From Candidatus Tepidifontimicrobium thermophilum (GTDB lineage Bacteria > Sysuimicrobiota > Sysuimicrobiia > Sysuimicrobiales > Sysuimicrobiaceae): a DNA stretch of 64,000 bases. The position numbers and the translations under genes were made by a program. The stretch lies in the NCBI GenBank assembly GCA_031459915.1, contig JAVKHO010000009.1:1-64000 (forward strand), written 5' to 3'. Under the pieces are notes generated by a model. The model searched no databases. It saw only the letters and a program-made list of their open reading frames with translations, and was not told where the DNA came from. This document shows positions 40,064 to 50,039 of this stretch, piece by piece (the stretch's first letter is position 1; each line of letters opens with the position of its first letter).

Positions 40064-40942
40064 GTGCGGCTGGGAGTGGTCTTCCCGCAGACGGAGATCG
40101 GCAACGACCCAGGTGCGGTGCGGGCGTACGCGCAGGCGGTGGAGGCGCTCGGCTACGACTACCTCCTGGCCTACGAGCACGTCGTGGGTGCCCACCCCGA
40201 GCGACTGCGGGACCTGGGCCGTGAGCCACCGTACACCCATACCTCGCCCTTCCACGAGCCGTTCGTGCTGTTCGGGTTCCTGGCGGCGGTCACGTCCAGA
40301 CTGGAGCTCACGACCGGGGTTTTGATCCTGCCCCAGCGCCAGACCGTTTTGGCGGCCAAGCAGGCCGCGGAGGTGGACGTGCTGAGCCGTGGCCGGCTGC
40401 GGTTGGGCGTGGGGCTCGGCTGGAACCCGGTGGAGTACGAGGCGTTAGCGCAAAACTTCCGGAACCGGGGCCGGCGCGTGGAGGAGCAGGTGGCGCTTCT
40501 GAGACTTTTGTGGACCCAGGAGCTGGTCGACTTCGAGGGCCGCTACCACCGGGTGCGAGGCGCCGGGATCAACCCGCTCCCGGTCCGGCGTCCCATCCCG
40601 GTGTGGATGGGGGGATCGGCGGAGCCGGCGTTGCGCCGGATGGCCCGGATCGCGGACGGCTGGATCTCCCAGCTGGCCCCAACCCCGGAAGCAGGGGCGG
40701 TCGTGGAGCGGGTGCGCGGCTACGTGCGGGAAGCCGGCCGCGATCCGGCTACCTTCGGGGTCGAGGGAAGGCTGCACTTCGGCAGCGCATCTCGGGAGGC
40801 GTGGCGGGAGGCGGTGGGGCTGTGGCGACGGCTGGGGGGCACGCACCTGGCCGTGAACACCATGCGGTGCGGGCTCAGGACTCCTGACGACCACATCGCC
40901 GCGGTGGCGGCCTTCCGGGAAGCTGTCCGGGACGTCCTGTAG
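40064..40942 (+). CDS. LLM-class F420-dependent oxidoreductase
   Basis: GVVFPQTEIG, HEPFVLFG, ILPQRQT, GVGLGWNPVEY. Confidence 0.9.
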   Translation: MRLGVVFPQTEIGNDPGAVRAYAQAVEALGYDYLLAYEHVVGAHPERLRDLGREPPYTHTSPFHEPFVLFGFLAAVTSRLELTTGVLILPQRQTVLAAKQAAEVDVLSRGRLRLGVGLGWNPVEYEALAQNFRNRGRRVEEQVALLRLLWTQELVDFEGRYHRVRGAGINPLPVRRPIPVWMGGSAEPALRRMARIADGWISQLAPTPEAGAVVERVRGYVREAGRDPATFGVEGRLHFGSASREAWREAVGLWRRLGGTHLAVNTMRCGLRTPDDHIAAVAAFREAVRDVL

Positions 40943-40980
40943 CCGCTCCAAAAACTATCCCCGCCGCGTTCACTCCGTGG

Positions 40981-41724
40981 ATGGGTGGCGCGGTGCGGGA
41001 AGCCCTCGCCGGGATCCTGCGGCCCTGGTGGGTGGCCGCAGTGGACCTGCTGTTCCCGCCCCGCTGCCAGGTGTGCGGGAGAGCGGGGGCTTTTCCCGTT
41101 TGCGAGGGTTGCTGGCTGGACTTCCCGCGGATCGAGCGGCCGGTGTGCCAGGTGTGCGGCCGGCCCCTACGGGGCCCGCGGGAGTTGGTGTTCGTGTGCG
41201 TGCCCTGCCGGCGTCGCCGGAATCGCCTAAGGGTGCGCGCTTTCGGGCGGTACGAGGGCCGGCTGCGGGAGGCGGTCCACGCGTTGAAGTACCGGGGCAG
41301 GCTGGCGCTGGCGGGTCCCCTGGGCCGTGCCCTGGCCGAGCTGCTGGTTACAGACCCGCTCCTGAAAACCCCAGATCTCCTGGTGCCCGTACCCCTGCAC
41401 CCGCGTCGCGAGGCCCAGCGGGGGTTCAACCAGGCGGAGGAGTTGGCCCGGGAGGTGGGCCGGTACCTCAACACGCCTGCGCGGAGGGTGCTCGCGCGGG
41501 TCCGGGACACGCCGTCCCAGACAGAGCTGGACGAAGACGAACGCCGGCGGAATGTGCGCGGGGCCTTCGTGGTGCGCGAGCCGGTGCGGGGACTGCGGCT
41601 GGTGCTGGTGGACGACGTGGTGACCACCGGCAGCACGCTGGCGGAGTGCGCGGCCGTGCTTCAGGCCGCAGGCGCCGCGGAGGTGCTGGGCGTGGCACTG
41701 GCGATGGCGCTGCCCCAGGACTGA
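40981..41724 (+). CDS. comF: ComF family protein (double zinc ribbon plus PRTase)
   Basis: FPPRCQVC, PVPLHPRR, RGFNQA, LVDDVVTTGST. Confidence 0.92.
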   Translation: MGGAVREALAGILRPWWVAAVDLLFPPRCQVCGRAGAFPVCEGCWLDFPRIERPVCQVCGRPLRGPRELVFVCVPCRRRRNRLRVRAFGRYEGRLREAVHALKYRGRLALAGPLGRALAELLVTDPLLKTPDLLVPVPLHPRREAQRGFNQAEELAREVGRYLNTPARRVLARVRDTPSQTELDEDERRRNVRGAFVVREPVRGLRLVLVDDVVTTGSTLAECAAVLQAAGAAEVLGVALAMALPQD

Positions 41725-41729
41725 GGAAG

Positions 41730-42680
41730 CTAGCCAGTGTACCGCAGGGGTGGCAGGTCGAGCACCGTGCGCAGACCGGGCGGGGCTTCCCGCACCAGCG
41801 GGAGGGCGTTGGCGACGATGGCGCACGTGGCCACGTCCCCGTGCAGCCCGCCGGGGATCTCCGCCACGAAGGACGGGTCTCCCTCCACACGGACCCTATC
41901 GACGGGGTCTTCCAGGTCCACAGCCATCGTGAGGTCGAGCCGGATCCGCTCCTCCCCGTCCACCAGGCCCCGCGCCTCCTGCCGCAGTCCCTCCACCCGC
42001 CCGCCCCGTAGGACCGGCCGTACCTCGTCCGCGATGGCGTCTACGGTCCAGCCCAGCGCGGCGGCGATCATGGCCACGGACTCGGGCAGCCCCACGTGGC
42101 CCACCATCCCGGCGGCCACGCCCGCGTGGAACTCTTCCTCCGTGAGGCCCACACCGACCTTCTGCTGCAGCGGCAGGCGACGGGTGCGCACGTCCACCCG
42201 CCGTTCCACCACCAGGCGTCGGAGGCGGCGGCACGGCGCGGTGAGCAGCAAGGGCAGCAAATCCATGGCGAACCCGGGGTTGATCCCCAGACCGGTGACC
42301 GTGACCCCCGCCTGTTGGGCGGCCTCGTGGATGCGCCGCGCGCTCGCGGCGTGGTGGAACCAGGGGTAGCTGAGCTCCTCACAGGTGGACACCACGTCCG
42401 CCCCGCAGGCCACCAGCTCCAGCAGCTGGGGCTCCACCTGGGCCAGGCGGGACTGCGTGGCGTGCACCACCACGTCGGCTTCCCGAGCCACCTGTGGGTC
42501 CGGCGTGACCCAAACCCCCAGGGGTCCGGTATCTAGCAGCTCTCCCAGGTCCCGGCCCTGTTTTTCCGGAGCGAGGTCCACCGCGCCCACCAGCCGGAAA
42601 GCTGGCCGATCCAGGAGGATGCGGGCGACCCCCAGGCCGATGGGACCCAACCCGTAGTGGACCACCCGAATCGTCCGCAA
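41730..42680 (-). CDS. NAD(P)-dependent amine dehydrogenase (2,4-diaminopentanoate dehydrogenase/DapB-like)
   Basis: YGLGPIG, STCEELSYP, GINPGFAMD, GHVGLPES, GDVAT; TTG start after GGAGG. Confidence 0.8.
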   Translation of the reverse strand: MRTIRVVHYGLGPIGLGVARILLDRPAFRLVGAVDLAPEKQGRDLGELLDTGPLGVWVTPDPQVAREADVVVHATQSRLAQVEPQLLELVACGADVVSTCEELSYPWFHHAASARRIHEAAQQAGVTVTGLGINPGFAMDLLPLLLTAPCRRLRRLVVERRVDVRTRRLPLQQKVGVGLTEEEFHAGVAAGMVGHVGLPESVAMIAAALGWTVDAIADEVRPVLRGGRVEGLRQEARGLVDGEERIRLDLTMAVDLEDPVDRVRVEGDPSFVAEIPGGLHGDVATCAIVANALPLVREAPPGLRTVLDLPPLRYTG

Positions 42681-42805
42681 GGTCGACCTCCGATGCCCTC
42701 TGGGCCAGTATACCCGCAAGGGAACACGACGGTGCCCTGAGGCCCGTCCGCTTCTCGCGTCCGTGCCGCCAGGGAAGACGGTCCGGGGCGACGAAGCAAC
42801 AGTGC

Positions 42806-43750
42806 GTGAGCGGACTCGCGGTGGTGGCCATCGGCGGCAACTCGCTGCTCCGGGACGACCGCGACGTATCCGTGGCCGCGGAGCGCGAGACCCTGCAGGA
42901 GACGGCGGCGGAGCTGGCCGAGATCGTGGCGGACGGGTGGCGGCTGGTCCTCACCCACGGCAACGGTCCCCAGGTGGGGTTCAACCTCCTGCGGGCAGAG
43001 CTGGCGGCCAAGGCGGGCGTGTTGCCCCGCCTGCCTCTGGACGTGCTGGACGCACAGACCCAGGGCAGCATCGGTTACCTGATCCAGGAAGGCCTGGAGC
43101 GCGCGTTCGTGCGGCCAGGAGTGCGCCGGCCCGTGGCGGTGGTGGTAACCCGGGTGGTGGTGGACCCCCACGACCCGGCCTTTGACAACCCCACCAAGCC
43201 TGTGGGGCCGTACTACACGGACGAAGAGGCGCGCCGGCTGGAACGGGAAGAGGGGTGGCGGATGGTGCGCCAGCCACAGGGCTGGCGGCGGGTAGTGCCT
43301 TCGCCGAAGCCCCTGGAGATTCTGGAGCTGGCTGCCATCCGGGCCCTGGTGCAGGAGGGCTACATCGTGGTGTGTGCGGGCGGCGGAGGGATCCCTGTGG
43401 TACCGGAGCCAGACGGTACCTACCGCGGCGTGGAGGCGGTGGTGGACAAGGACCTGTCCTCCGCCCTGCTGGCCGAGGCTTTCGACGCCGACCTGTTCCT
43501 GATCTCCACCGGGGTGGACCGGGTGGCCCTCGACTTCGGGACGCCCCACCCACGCTGGCTGGACCGGGTGGGCGCTGACGAGCTGGAGGAATACCTCAGG
43601 CAGGGACACTTCCCGCCGGGCAGCATGGGGCCGAAGGTCGAGGCGGTTTTGCGCTACCTGCGCGCGGGAGGCCGCCGGGCGGCCATCGCGGCGCCCCACC
43701 TCCTCTGCGCCGCTGCCCGGGGTGAGGCAGGTACGCAGGTGGTGCCCTGA
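42806..43750 (+). CDS. arcC: Carbamate kinase
   Basis: AIGGNSL, THGNGPQVG, PTKPVG, RRVVPSP, GGGGIPV, VDKD, GSMGPK. Confidence 0.95.
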   Translation: MSGLAVVAIGGNSLLRDDRDVSVAAERETLQETAAELAEIVADGWRLVLTHGNGPQVGFNLLRAELAAKAGVLPRLPLDVLDAQTQGSIGYLIQEGLERAFVRPGVRRPVAVVVTRVVVDPHDPAFDNPTKPVGPYYTDEEARRLEREEGWRMVRQPQGWRRVVPSPKPLEILELAAIRALVQEGYIVVCAGGGGIPVVPEPDGTYRGVEAVVDKDLSSALLAEAFDADLFLISTGVDRVALDFGTPHPRWLDRVGADELEEYLRQGHFPPGSMGPKVEAVLRYLRAGGRRAAIAAPHLLCAAARGEAGTQVVP

Positions 43751-43778
43751 CGGCGCAACCCGTACGGAGGAGGTTGCC

Positions 43779-44957
43779 ATGGAGGTGGTGCTGTCCGCAG
43801 TGGCTTCCCGTCTCGGGACGGAGACGGCCTTCGAGGTGCTGAGCCGGGCGAGGGCCCTGGAACGGCTGGGCCGGCACGTGGTGCACCTGGAGATCGGCGA
43901 ACCCGATTTTGACACCCCGGCGCACGTGGTGGACGCGGCGGTGGCGGCCCTGCGCGAGGGTCACACGCACTACACGCCGTCTCCGGGCATCGCGGAGCTG
44001 CGGGAGGCGGTGGCCCGGTACGTGTCCCGCACCCGCGGGATCCCCGTGGACCCCAAAGAGGTGGTGGTGACCCCGGGCGGCAAGCCCGTCATGGCCTTTA
44101 CGGTCCTCGCCCTGGTGGATCCGGGGGACGAGGTGGTGTACCCGGACCCGGGCTTCCCCATCTACGAGTCCCTGGTGCGGTGGGTAGGTGCGGTGCCCAG
44201 ACCGCTGCGTCTCCGGGAGGAGCGGGGCTTCCGCGTGGACCCGGAAGAGCTGGCGGCCCTGGTCGGTCCGCGGACGAAGCTCGTGATCCTGAACTCACCC
44301 CACAACCCGTGCGGGTCGGTGCTCTCGCGGGAGGACGTGGAGGCCATCGCGGAGGTGTGCCTGCGCAGCAGGACGTGGGTGCTGTCGGACGAGATCTACA
44401 GCCGCATCCTGTACGACGCCCAGCACCACAGCATCGCCGCGGTGCCGGGGATGCGGGAGCGCACCGTCATCCTGGACGGGTTCAGCAAGACGTACGCCAT
44501 GACCGGCTGGCGGCTCGGCTACGGGGTCATGCCGGCCAGGCTGGCGGAGGCGGTGACACGCTTTGCGGTGAACGTGTACTCGTGCCCGGCCGCCTTCTCT
44601 CAGGTGGCAGGGCTCGCGGCTCTGGAGGGCCCTCAGGAAGCCGTGGACGCCATGGTGGCGGAGTTCCGGCGCCGCCGGGACCGCGTGGTGGCGGGGCTGA
44701 ACGCAATTGACGGCATCCGGTGCACGACCCCGCAGGGGGCCTTCTACGCCTTCCCCAACGTGAGCGCGCTGGACCCGGACGGCAAAGCGTTCGCGGACTA
44801 CCTGCTGGAGGAAGCCGGCGTGGCGGTGCTGAGCGGCACCGCGTTCGGCGAGGGAGGGCGAGGCTACCTGCGGATCTCGTACGCCACCAGCCTCCAGAAC
44901 CTGGAGCTGGCCCTGGACCGCATCGCGTCGGCGGCCGCGGCCTTCCGGCGTCGCTAG
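43779..44957 (+). CDS. PLP-dependent class I/II aminotransferase (AspC-like)
   Basis: GEPDF, NSPHNP, SDEIY, GFSKTYAMTGWRLG. Confidence 0.93.
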   Translation: MEVVLSAVASRLGTETAFEVLSRARALERLGRHVVHLEIGEPDFDTPAHVVDAAVAALREGHTHYTPSPGIAELREAVARYVSRTRGIPVDPKEVVVTPGGKPVMAFTVLALVDPGDEVVYPDPGFPIYESLVRWVGAVPRPLRLREERGFRVDPEELAALVGPRTKLVILNSPHNPCGSVLSREDVEAIAEVCLRSRTWVLSDEIYSRILYDAQHHSIAAVPGMRERTVILDGFSKTYAMTGWRLGYGVMPARLAEAVTRFAVNVYSCPAAFSQVAGLAALEGPQEAVDAMVAEFRRRRDRVVAGLNAIDGIRCTTPQGAFYAFPNVSALDPDGKAFADYLLEEAGVAVLSGTAFGEGGRGYLRISYATSLQNLELALDRIASAAAAFRRR

Positions 44958-44999
44958 GCGGGTATCCGGACCGTGGCCGCCGCGGGTGCCGCGCAGCGG

Positions 45000-45346
45000 C
45001 TACTCCTCGTACAGCACCACCCCCTCCTCCAGCTGCCGCCGCCAGCGGGCGGCGGCAGCCCGGAACTCACCCTCCGCGAACACGTGGGGTTCCAGGTTGC
45101 GCAGCCCGACTGCCCTGCGCACCACGGCGAAGGCGTCCGGCCGGGGTGGGTCTGCGTACACCACCAGCAGGTCCACGTCGCTGGCCGCGGTGAAGTCCCC
45201 CCGCGCGCACGAGCCGAACAACACGACCCGCCGCAGGGCAGGAGCCCGCGCAGACGTGGAACCGCCGCCTGCAGGGCGTCGAGCACCTGCTGGCGGCTAT
45301 AGCGCGGCGAGGAGATCCTCACAGAACCCGAGGATGCGCGCCGCAT
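45000..45346 (-). pseudogene. Minimal nucleotidyltransferase (MNT) antitoxin, frameshifted
   Basis: The N-terminus MRRASSGSVRISSPRYSRQQ and the core LFGSCARGDFTAASDVDLLVV are in different frames; one base appears missing at the G run 45236-45238. Confidence 0.8.
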
Positions 45347-45689
45347 AGCCCAGCAACCGTTCCGCTTCGCCCCGCGTGTACAGGTACCGGGGAGCTCCCC
45401 GCTGGTGGGCGTTCGGGTACCGGGCGGGGATGTAGGCCTTGTCCAGCTCCAGCGCCAGCTGGTGCAGCTCTTCGGGAACGGCCCGCAGGTCGGCCAGCTC
45501 CTCCAGCAGCCCCGCCACCGAGTGGCCCCAGGCTTCCTTCCCCAGTTTCTGGAAGACCGCCTTCACGGCTTTTCCCGCGGCCTGCTGGGCGGAGAAGCAC
45601 GCCCACTCGTAGAACCCGCCCTGCACGTCGAACCGTGCGTGCTCGAGGTCTCCCCGCGCCTGCTCCATCCAGTCCGCGCTGCGCTCCAC
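45297..45689 (-). CDS. HEPN domain protein
   Basis: DWMEQARGDLEHA, WACFSAQQAAGKAVKA, WGHSV, YIPARYPNAH (RX4H). Confidence 0.9.
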   Translation of the reverse strand: MERSADWMEQARGDLEHARFDVQGGFYEWACFSAQQAAGKAVKAVFQKLGKEAWGHSVAGLLEELADLRAVPEELHQLALELDKAYIPARYPNAHQRGAPRYLYTRGEAERLLGYAARILGFCEDLLAAL

Positions 45690-45833
45690 CGGCTCCTCCC
45701 TAACCCCGGGGGACGGTCTGCGCCCCGCCCCATGGTACCTCGGCGGGCCTCGCGGGTGGTCAAATTCGCCTGTCTGCCGCGTTCACTCGGTGGAAGACCC
45801 CAGGGCCGCGGGTCCGGCCGGGGAGGGAGGAGC

Positions 45834-47354
45834 ATGCTGGCGAAGGTGCGGTCGAGCTCGGTGCTCGGGCTGGAGGCCTACCCCGTGGAGGTGGAAGTGG
45901 ACGTAGCCACCGGGTTGCCGGGGTTTGCCATCGTGGGGCTGCCGGACACCGCGGTGCAGGAGGCCAAGGAGCGGGTGCGGGCGGCCATCAAGAACGCCAA
46001 CTTCGAGGTCCCCACCCGACGCATCACCGTGAACCTGGCACCCGCGGACGTGCGCAAGGAGGGCCCCAGCTTCGACCTTCCCATGGCGGTGGCGGTCCTG
46101 GCGGCCACAGGTCAGCTGCCCGCAGAAGCGTGCGAGGGGACCCTGTTCCTGGGCGAGCTGAGCCTGGACGGGGCCGTACGGCCGACCAACGGCGTGCTGT
46201 CGGCGGCCCTGCACGCGGCCCGGTCCGGGCTGCGGCGGCTGGTGGTCCCCGCGGACAACGCACAGGAGGCAGCCATCGTGCCCGGAGTGGAGGTGTACGG
46301 GGTTTCGCATCTGTTGGAGGCCGCGCGGTTTTTGTCCGGGGAGCTGTTGCTGACCCCCGTGACCTCCAACGGCGCCCACGAGCCCGAGCCGGACGAGGAG
46401 GTCGACTTCTCCGAGGTACGGGGCCAGGAACACGCCAAACGGGCCCTGGAGATCGCGGCCGCGGGCGGCCACAACGTCCTGCTGGTGGGTCCCCCGGGCT
46501 CCGGGAAGACCATGCTGGCGCGTCGGCTGCCCACCATCCTTCCGCCCATGACGTGGGAGGAGGCGGTGGAGGTGACCCGCATCTACAGCGCCGCGGGCGC
46601 GCTGCCGGCCAGGGGTGCCCTGATGCGTCGCCGGCCGTTCCGGGCTCCTCACCACACGGCCAGTTACGCGGCCCTGCTAGGCGGCGGGAACGTGCCGCGC
46701 CCAGGTGAGGTAAGCCTGGCGCACCACGGGGTCCTGTTCTTGGACGAGCTACCGGAGTTCCACCGGGACGCCCTGGAGGCGCTGCGCCAGCCCCTGGAGG
46801 AAGGTCGGGTGACGCTGGCGCGTGCCGCGGTCACGGTGACGTTCCCCGCCCGGTTCACCCTGGTGGCCGCCATGAACCCCTGCCCCTGCGGCAGCCGCGG
46901 GGACCGGCTCCGCGAGTGCTCCTGCACGCCCTCCCAGGTGCGCCGCTACCAGGCCAAGGTCTCAGGGCCCCTGCTGGATCGTATCGACCTGCACGTGGAG
47001 GTCCCGCGTCTGGAGAGCCGCACGCTGCTGGACGGGCAGACGGGTGAGCCCTCCTCCGTCATTCGGGACCGGGTGGCCCGGGCGCGGCGGCTGCAGGAGC
47101 AGCGGTACGCAGGGAAATCCTACCGCTGTAACGCGCACGCCCCCGGCCGGGTTCTGCGGAAGGTGGCTACCCCGGACGCCGCGGGCCGGGAGCTGCTGCG
47201 GGCCGCCATCGAGCGGCTGGGCCTGTCCGCCCGCGCCTACGATCGCGTTCTGCGCGTGGCCCGCACCATTGCCGATCTGGAGGGTTCGGAGAACGTCACA
47301 GCCGCGCACGTGGCCGAGGCCATCCAGTACCGTTCCCTGGATCGCACCCGATGA
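45834..47354 (+). CDS. comM: ComM/YifB Mg-chelatase-like ATPase
   Basis: IVGLPD, NLAPAD, GPPGSGKTM, RAPHHTAS, LFLDELPEF, MNPCPCG, LSARAYDR. Confidence 0.95.
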   Translation: MLAKVRSSSVLGLEAYPVEVEVDVATGLPGFAIVGLPDTAVQEAKERVRAAIKNANFEVPTRRITVNLAPADVRKEGPSFDLPMAVAVLAATGQLPAEACEGTLFLGELSLDGAVRPTNGVLSAALHAARSGLRRLVVPADNAQEAAIVPGVEVYGVSHLLEAARFLSGELLLTPVTSNGAHEPEPDEEVDFSEVRGQEHAKRALEIAAAGGHNVLLVGPPGSGKTMLARRLPTILPPMTWEEAVEVTRIYSAAGALPARGALMRRRPFRAPHHTASYAALLGGGNVPRPGEVSLAHHGVLFLDELPEFHRDALEALRQPLEEGRVTLARAAVTVTFPARFTLVAAMNPCPCGSRGDRLRECSCTPSQVRRYQAKVSGPLLDRIDLHVEVPRLESRTLLDGQTGEPSSVIRDRVARARRLQEQRYAGKSYRCNAHAPGRVLRKVATPDAAGRELLRAAIERLGLSARAYDRVLRVARTIADLEGSENVTAAHVAEAIQYRSLDRTR

Positions 47355-48493
47355 CGGAACGCGAAGCGTGGGTTTTGCTGAATGCCGCTCCGGGCGTGTC
47401 CGTGCGGGTCAAGCACCGGCTGGTGGAGGCTGCCGGGAGCGCGCAGGGGGCGGTGGCCCTGGGCGCGCCGACGCTCGCGGAGTTGGTCGGGCAACGGTGC
47501 GCCCGTAGGCTCTGGGAGTTCTTGCGGCGCGTCCGTCCTGCCGCATTGCTGGAGGACGCAAGCCGGTGCGGCGCGCAGGTGGTGACCCTGGCGGATCCCG
47601 AGTACCCGCAGGCCCTCCGCGAGATTCCGGACCCGCCGCTCGCCCTGTACGTGCGGGGTCGCCTGCCCGACGGTGTCCGGGTGGCGGTGGTCGGGAGCCG
47701 GAATCCCTCTCCGGACGGCGAGTACGTGGCCCGGCGCATGGCCGCGGAGCTCGCAACGGCCGGCGTGTGCGTGGTGAGCGGGCTGGCGAGGGGGATCGAC
47801 GCCGCGGCGCACCGAGGTGCCCTGGAAGTCAGAGGTCCCACGGTGGCGGTGCTGGGCTGCGGGGTGGACGTGGGCTACCCCGCGGGGCACGAGGACCTGG
47901 CAGACCAGGTGGCCGCCTGCGGAGCCGTGGTGAGCGAGTACCCTCCGGGTACCCCACCGGCCAAACACCACTTCCCCCTGCGGAACCGCCTCATCAGCGG
48001 GCTGTCGCACGCCGTGGTGGTGGTGGAGGCTACCCTGCGAAGCGGCGCCCTGATCACCGCGGACTTGGCCCTGGAGCAGGGCCGGGAGGTGTTCGCAGTA
48101 CCGGGCAGCGTGCTGAACCCGCGGTCCGCGGGGCCCCACCGCCTTCTCCGGGAGGGCGCGGGGTGGGCGGAGTCCGCGGCAGACGTGCTGCAGGCCCTGG
48201 GCATCGCTCCGGGCCCGTCCCCGCAACACCCCGTGGGGCCCCTGGAAGCACGCGTGCTGGAGTGCCTGCGGGAGCCGCGCTTCCCGGACGAACTGGTGGG
48301 CGCGGGGCTGGGTACCGCGGGCGCCGTGAGCGCGCTGCTGGTGTCCCTGGAGGTGCGCGGGTTGGTGCAGCGCCTTCCTGGAGGCCGTTACGTGAGCCAG
48401 GTGGGCCAGCAACCCCGCGCGGGTGGGTGCCCCGCAGAGGAGAACGGTGCGCGGTCGGGGTTCTCCCACCGAGACCGGACCCGAACCCCTTGA
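47351..48493 (+). CDS. dprA: DNA-processing protein DprA
   Basis: YPQALREIPDPP, VVGSR, VSGLARGID, FPLRNRLISGLS, SGALIT, VFAVPG. Confidence 0.95.
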   Translation: MTEREAWVLLNAAPGVSVRVKHRLVEAAGSAQGAVALGAPTLAELVGQRCARRLWEFLRRVRPAALLEDASRCGAQVVTLADPEYPQALREIPDPPLALYVRGRLPDGVRVAVVGSRNPSPDGEYVARRMAAELATAGVCVVSGLARGIDAAAHRGALEVRGPTVAVLGCGVDVGYPAGHEDLADQVAACGAVVSEYPPGTPPAKHHFPLRNRLISGLSHAVVVVEATLRSGALITADLALEQGREVFAVPGSVLNPRSAGPHRLLREGAGWAESAADVLQALGIAPGPSPQHPVGPLEARVLECLREPRFPDELVGAGLGTAGAVSALLVSLEVRGLVQRLPGGRYVSQVGQQPRAGGCPAEENGARSGFSHRDRTRTP

Positions 48494-48530
48494 CAAGGAT
48501 CCGCACAAAGGGCCAAAACTAAACCAAAAG
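48490..48530 (+). promoter_or_regulatory. Putative promoter/operator of the amine catabolism operon
   Basis: TTGACA at 48490 followed by the A-rich tract GGGCCAAAACTAAACCAAAAG. Confidence 0.4.
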
Positions 48531-48543
48531 CCCGGAGGCCGGG

Positions 48544-50001
48544 ATGGGGGGACTTCCGCGTTACCCGCTGTGGATTGCCGGTGAGTCCGTCCCCGCGGCT
48601 TCCGGACAGACCCTCACCCTGCTGGATCCCGCTTCACAGGAGCCCTTGGCGGAGGTCGCCTCCGCGGGACCCGAGGACGTGGAACGCGCGGTAGGTGCCG
48701 CCCACCGCGCGTTCACCGCGGGCCCCTGGCGCAGGCTGAACACCCGTGAGCGGGGTCGCCTCCTCCTTCGGGTCGCGGACCTCATCCGGCAACACGCAGA
48801 GGAGTTGGCCCGCACCGAGAGCCGCAACGTGGGCAAGCCCATCCGGGAAGCCCGGGAGGAAGTGCAGCTGGCTGCGGACTGTTTCGAGTACTACGCGGGA
48901 GCGGTGAACAAGGTAGGCGGCCACACGGTGCCGGTGGCGGCCCCGGGCGTCAGCCTGACCTTCCGCGAACCGATCGGCGTCTGCGCCCTGATCGTGCCCT
49001 GGAACTTCCCCATCGCCATCACCTCCTGGAAGCTGGCGCCTGCGCTGGCCATGGGGAACACGGTGGTGATCAAGCCCGCCACGCAGACCCCCCTCACCGC
49101 CCTGCGCTTGGCAGAGCTGGTGGCCGAAGCCGGTATTCCTCCGGGTGTGGTGAACGTGCTGCCGGGTCCAGGCGGCGTGGTGGGCGGCGCTCTGATCCGC
49201 CACCCCTTGGTCCGGAAGGTTTCCTTCACAGGGTCCACCGAGGTGGGCCGCGAGATCCTGCGATCCAGCGCCGACGGGATCAAGCGGGTGACCCTGGAGC
49301 TGGGCGGAAAGTCTGCCAACATCGTGTTCGCGGACGCGGACCTGGAGCGGGCGGTAGCTTCGGCGGCGTGGAGCGCTCTGGGCAACGCGGGGCAGGACTG
49401 CTGTGCCCGCAGCCGGCTCCTCGTGGAACGCCGGGTCTTCGACACCTTCGTCACCCGCTTGGGGGAGCTGGTCCAGCAGATCCGCCTCGGCGACCCCCTG
49501 GACGAGCAGACGGAGATGGGCCCCCTCGTGAGCCTCGCGCACCGCGAGCGGGTGCGTGGGTACGTGACGGTGGGCCAGGAGGAGGGGGCGCGTCTTCTGT
49601 GTGGGGGAGACGTGCCGCTGGACGGTCCCTTAAGCCGCGGCGCCTACCTGCGCCCGGCCATCTTCGTGGACGTCCGCCCAGCCATGCGGATCATGCAGGA
49701 GGAGATCTTCGGCCCGGTGATCTGCGCCATGCCCTTCGACACGGAGGAGGAGGCGGTGGCCATCGCCAACGACAGCCGCTACGGCCTTTCGGGCTCCGTG
49801 TGGACCCGCGACGTGGGCCGCGCCCTGCGGGTAGCCCGCGCCTTGGAGACCGGGGTGTTGTCGGTGAACTCCGGCCACAGCGTCCACCTGGAGGCCCCCT
49901 TCGGGGGCGTGAAGGAGAGCGGGGTGGGGCGGGAGCTGGGCCTGGCGGTCCTCGACCACTACAGCGAGTGGAAGAGTGTGTTCGTGGACACGCGGCCCTG
50001 A
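48544..50001 (+). CDS. Aldehyde dehydrogenase (putative gamma-glutamyl-aminoaldehyde dehydrogenase)
   Basis: PWNFP, FTGST, LELGGKS, NAGQDCCAR, EEIFGP, PFGGVKESG. Confidence 0.93.
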   Translation: MGGLPRYPLWIAGESVPAASGQTLTLLDPASQEPLAEVASAGPEDVERAVGAAHRAFTAGPWRRLNTRERGRLLLRVADLIRQHAEELARTESRNVGKPIREAREEVQLAADCFEYYAGAVNKVGGHTVPVAAPGVSLTFREPIGVCALIVPWNFPIAITSWKLAPALAMGNTVVIKPATQTPLTALRLAELVAEAGIPPGVVNVLPGPGGVVGGALIRHPLVRKVSFTGSTEVGREILRSSADGIKRVTLELGGKSANIVFADADLERAVASAAWSALGNAGQDCCARSRLLVERRVFDTFVTRLGELVQQIRLGDPLDEQTEMGPLVSLAHRERVRGYVTVGQEEGARLLCGGDVPLDGPLSRGAYLRPAIFVDVRPAMRIMQEEIFGPVICAMPFDTEEEAVAIANDSRYGLSGSVWTRDVGRALRVARALETGVLSVNSGHSVHLEAPFGGVKESGVGRELGLAVLDHYSEWKSVFVDTRP

Positions 50002-50039
50002 AACCGGCAGGGGAGACCACCGAGAAGGGAGGGGGAAGC

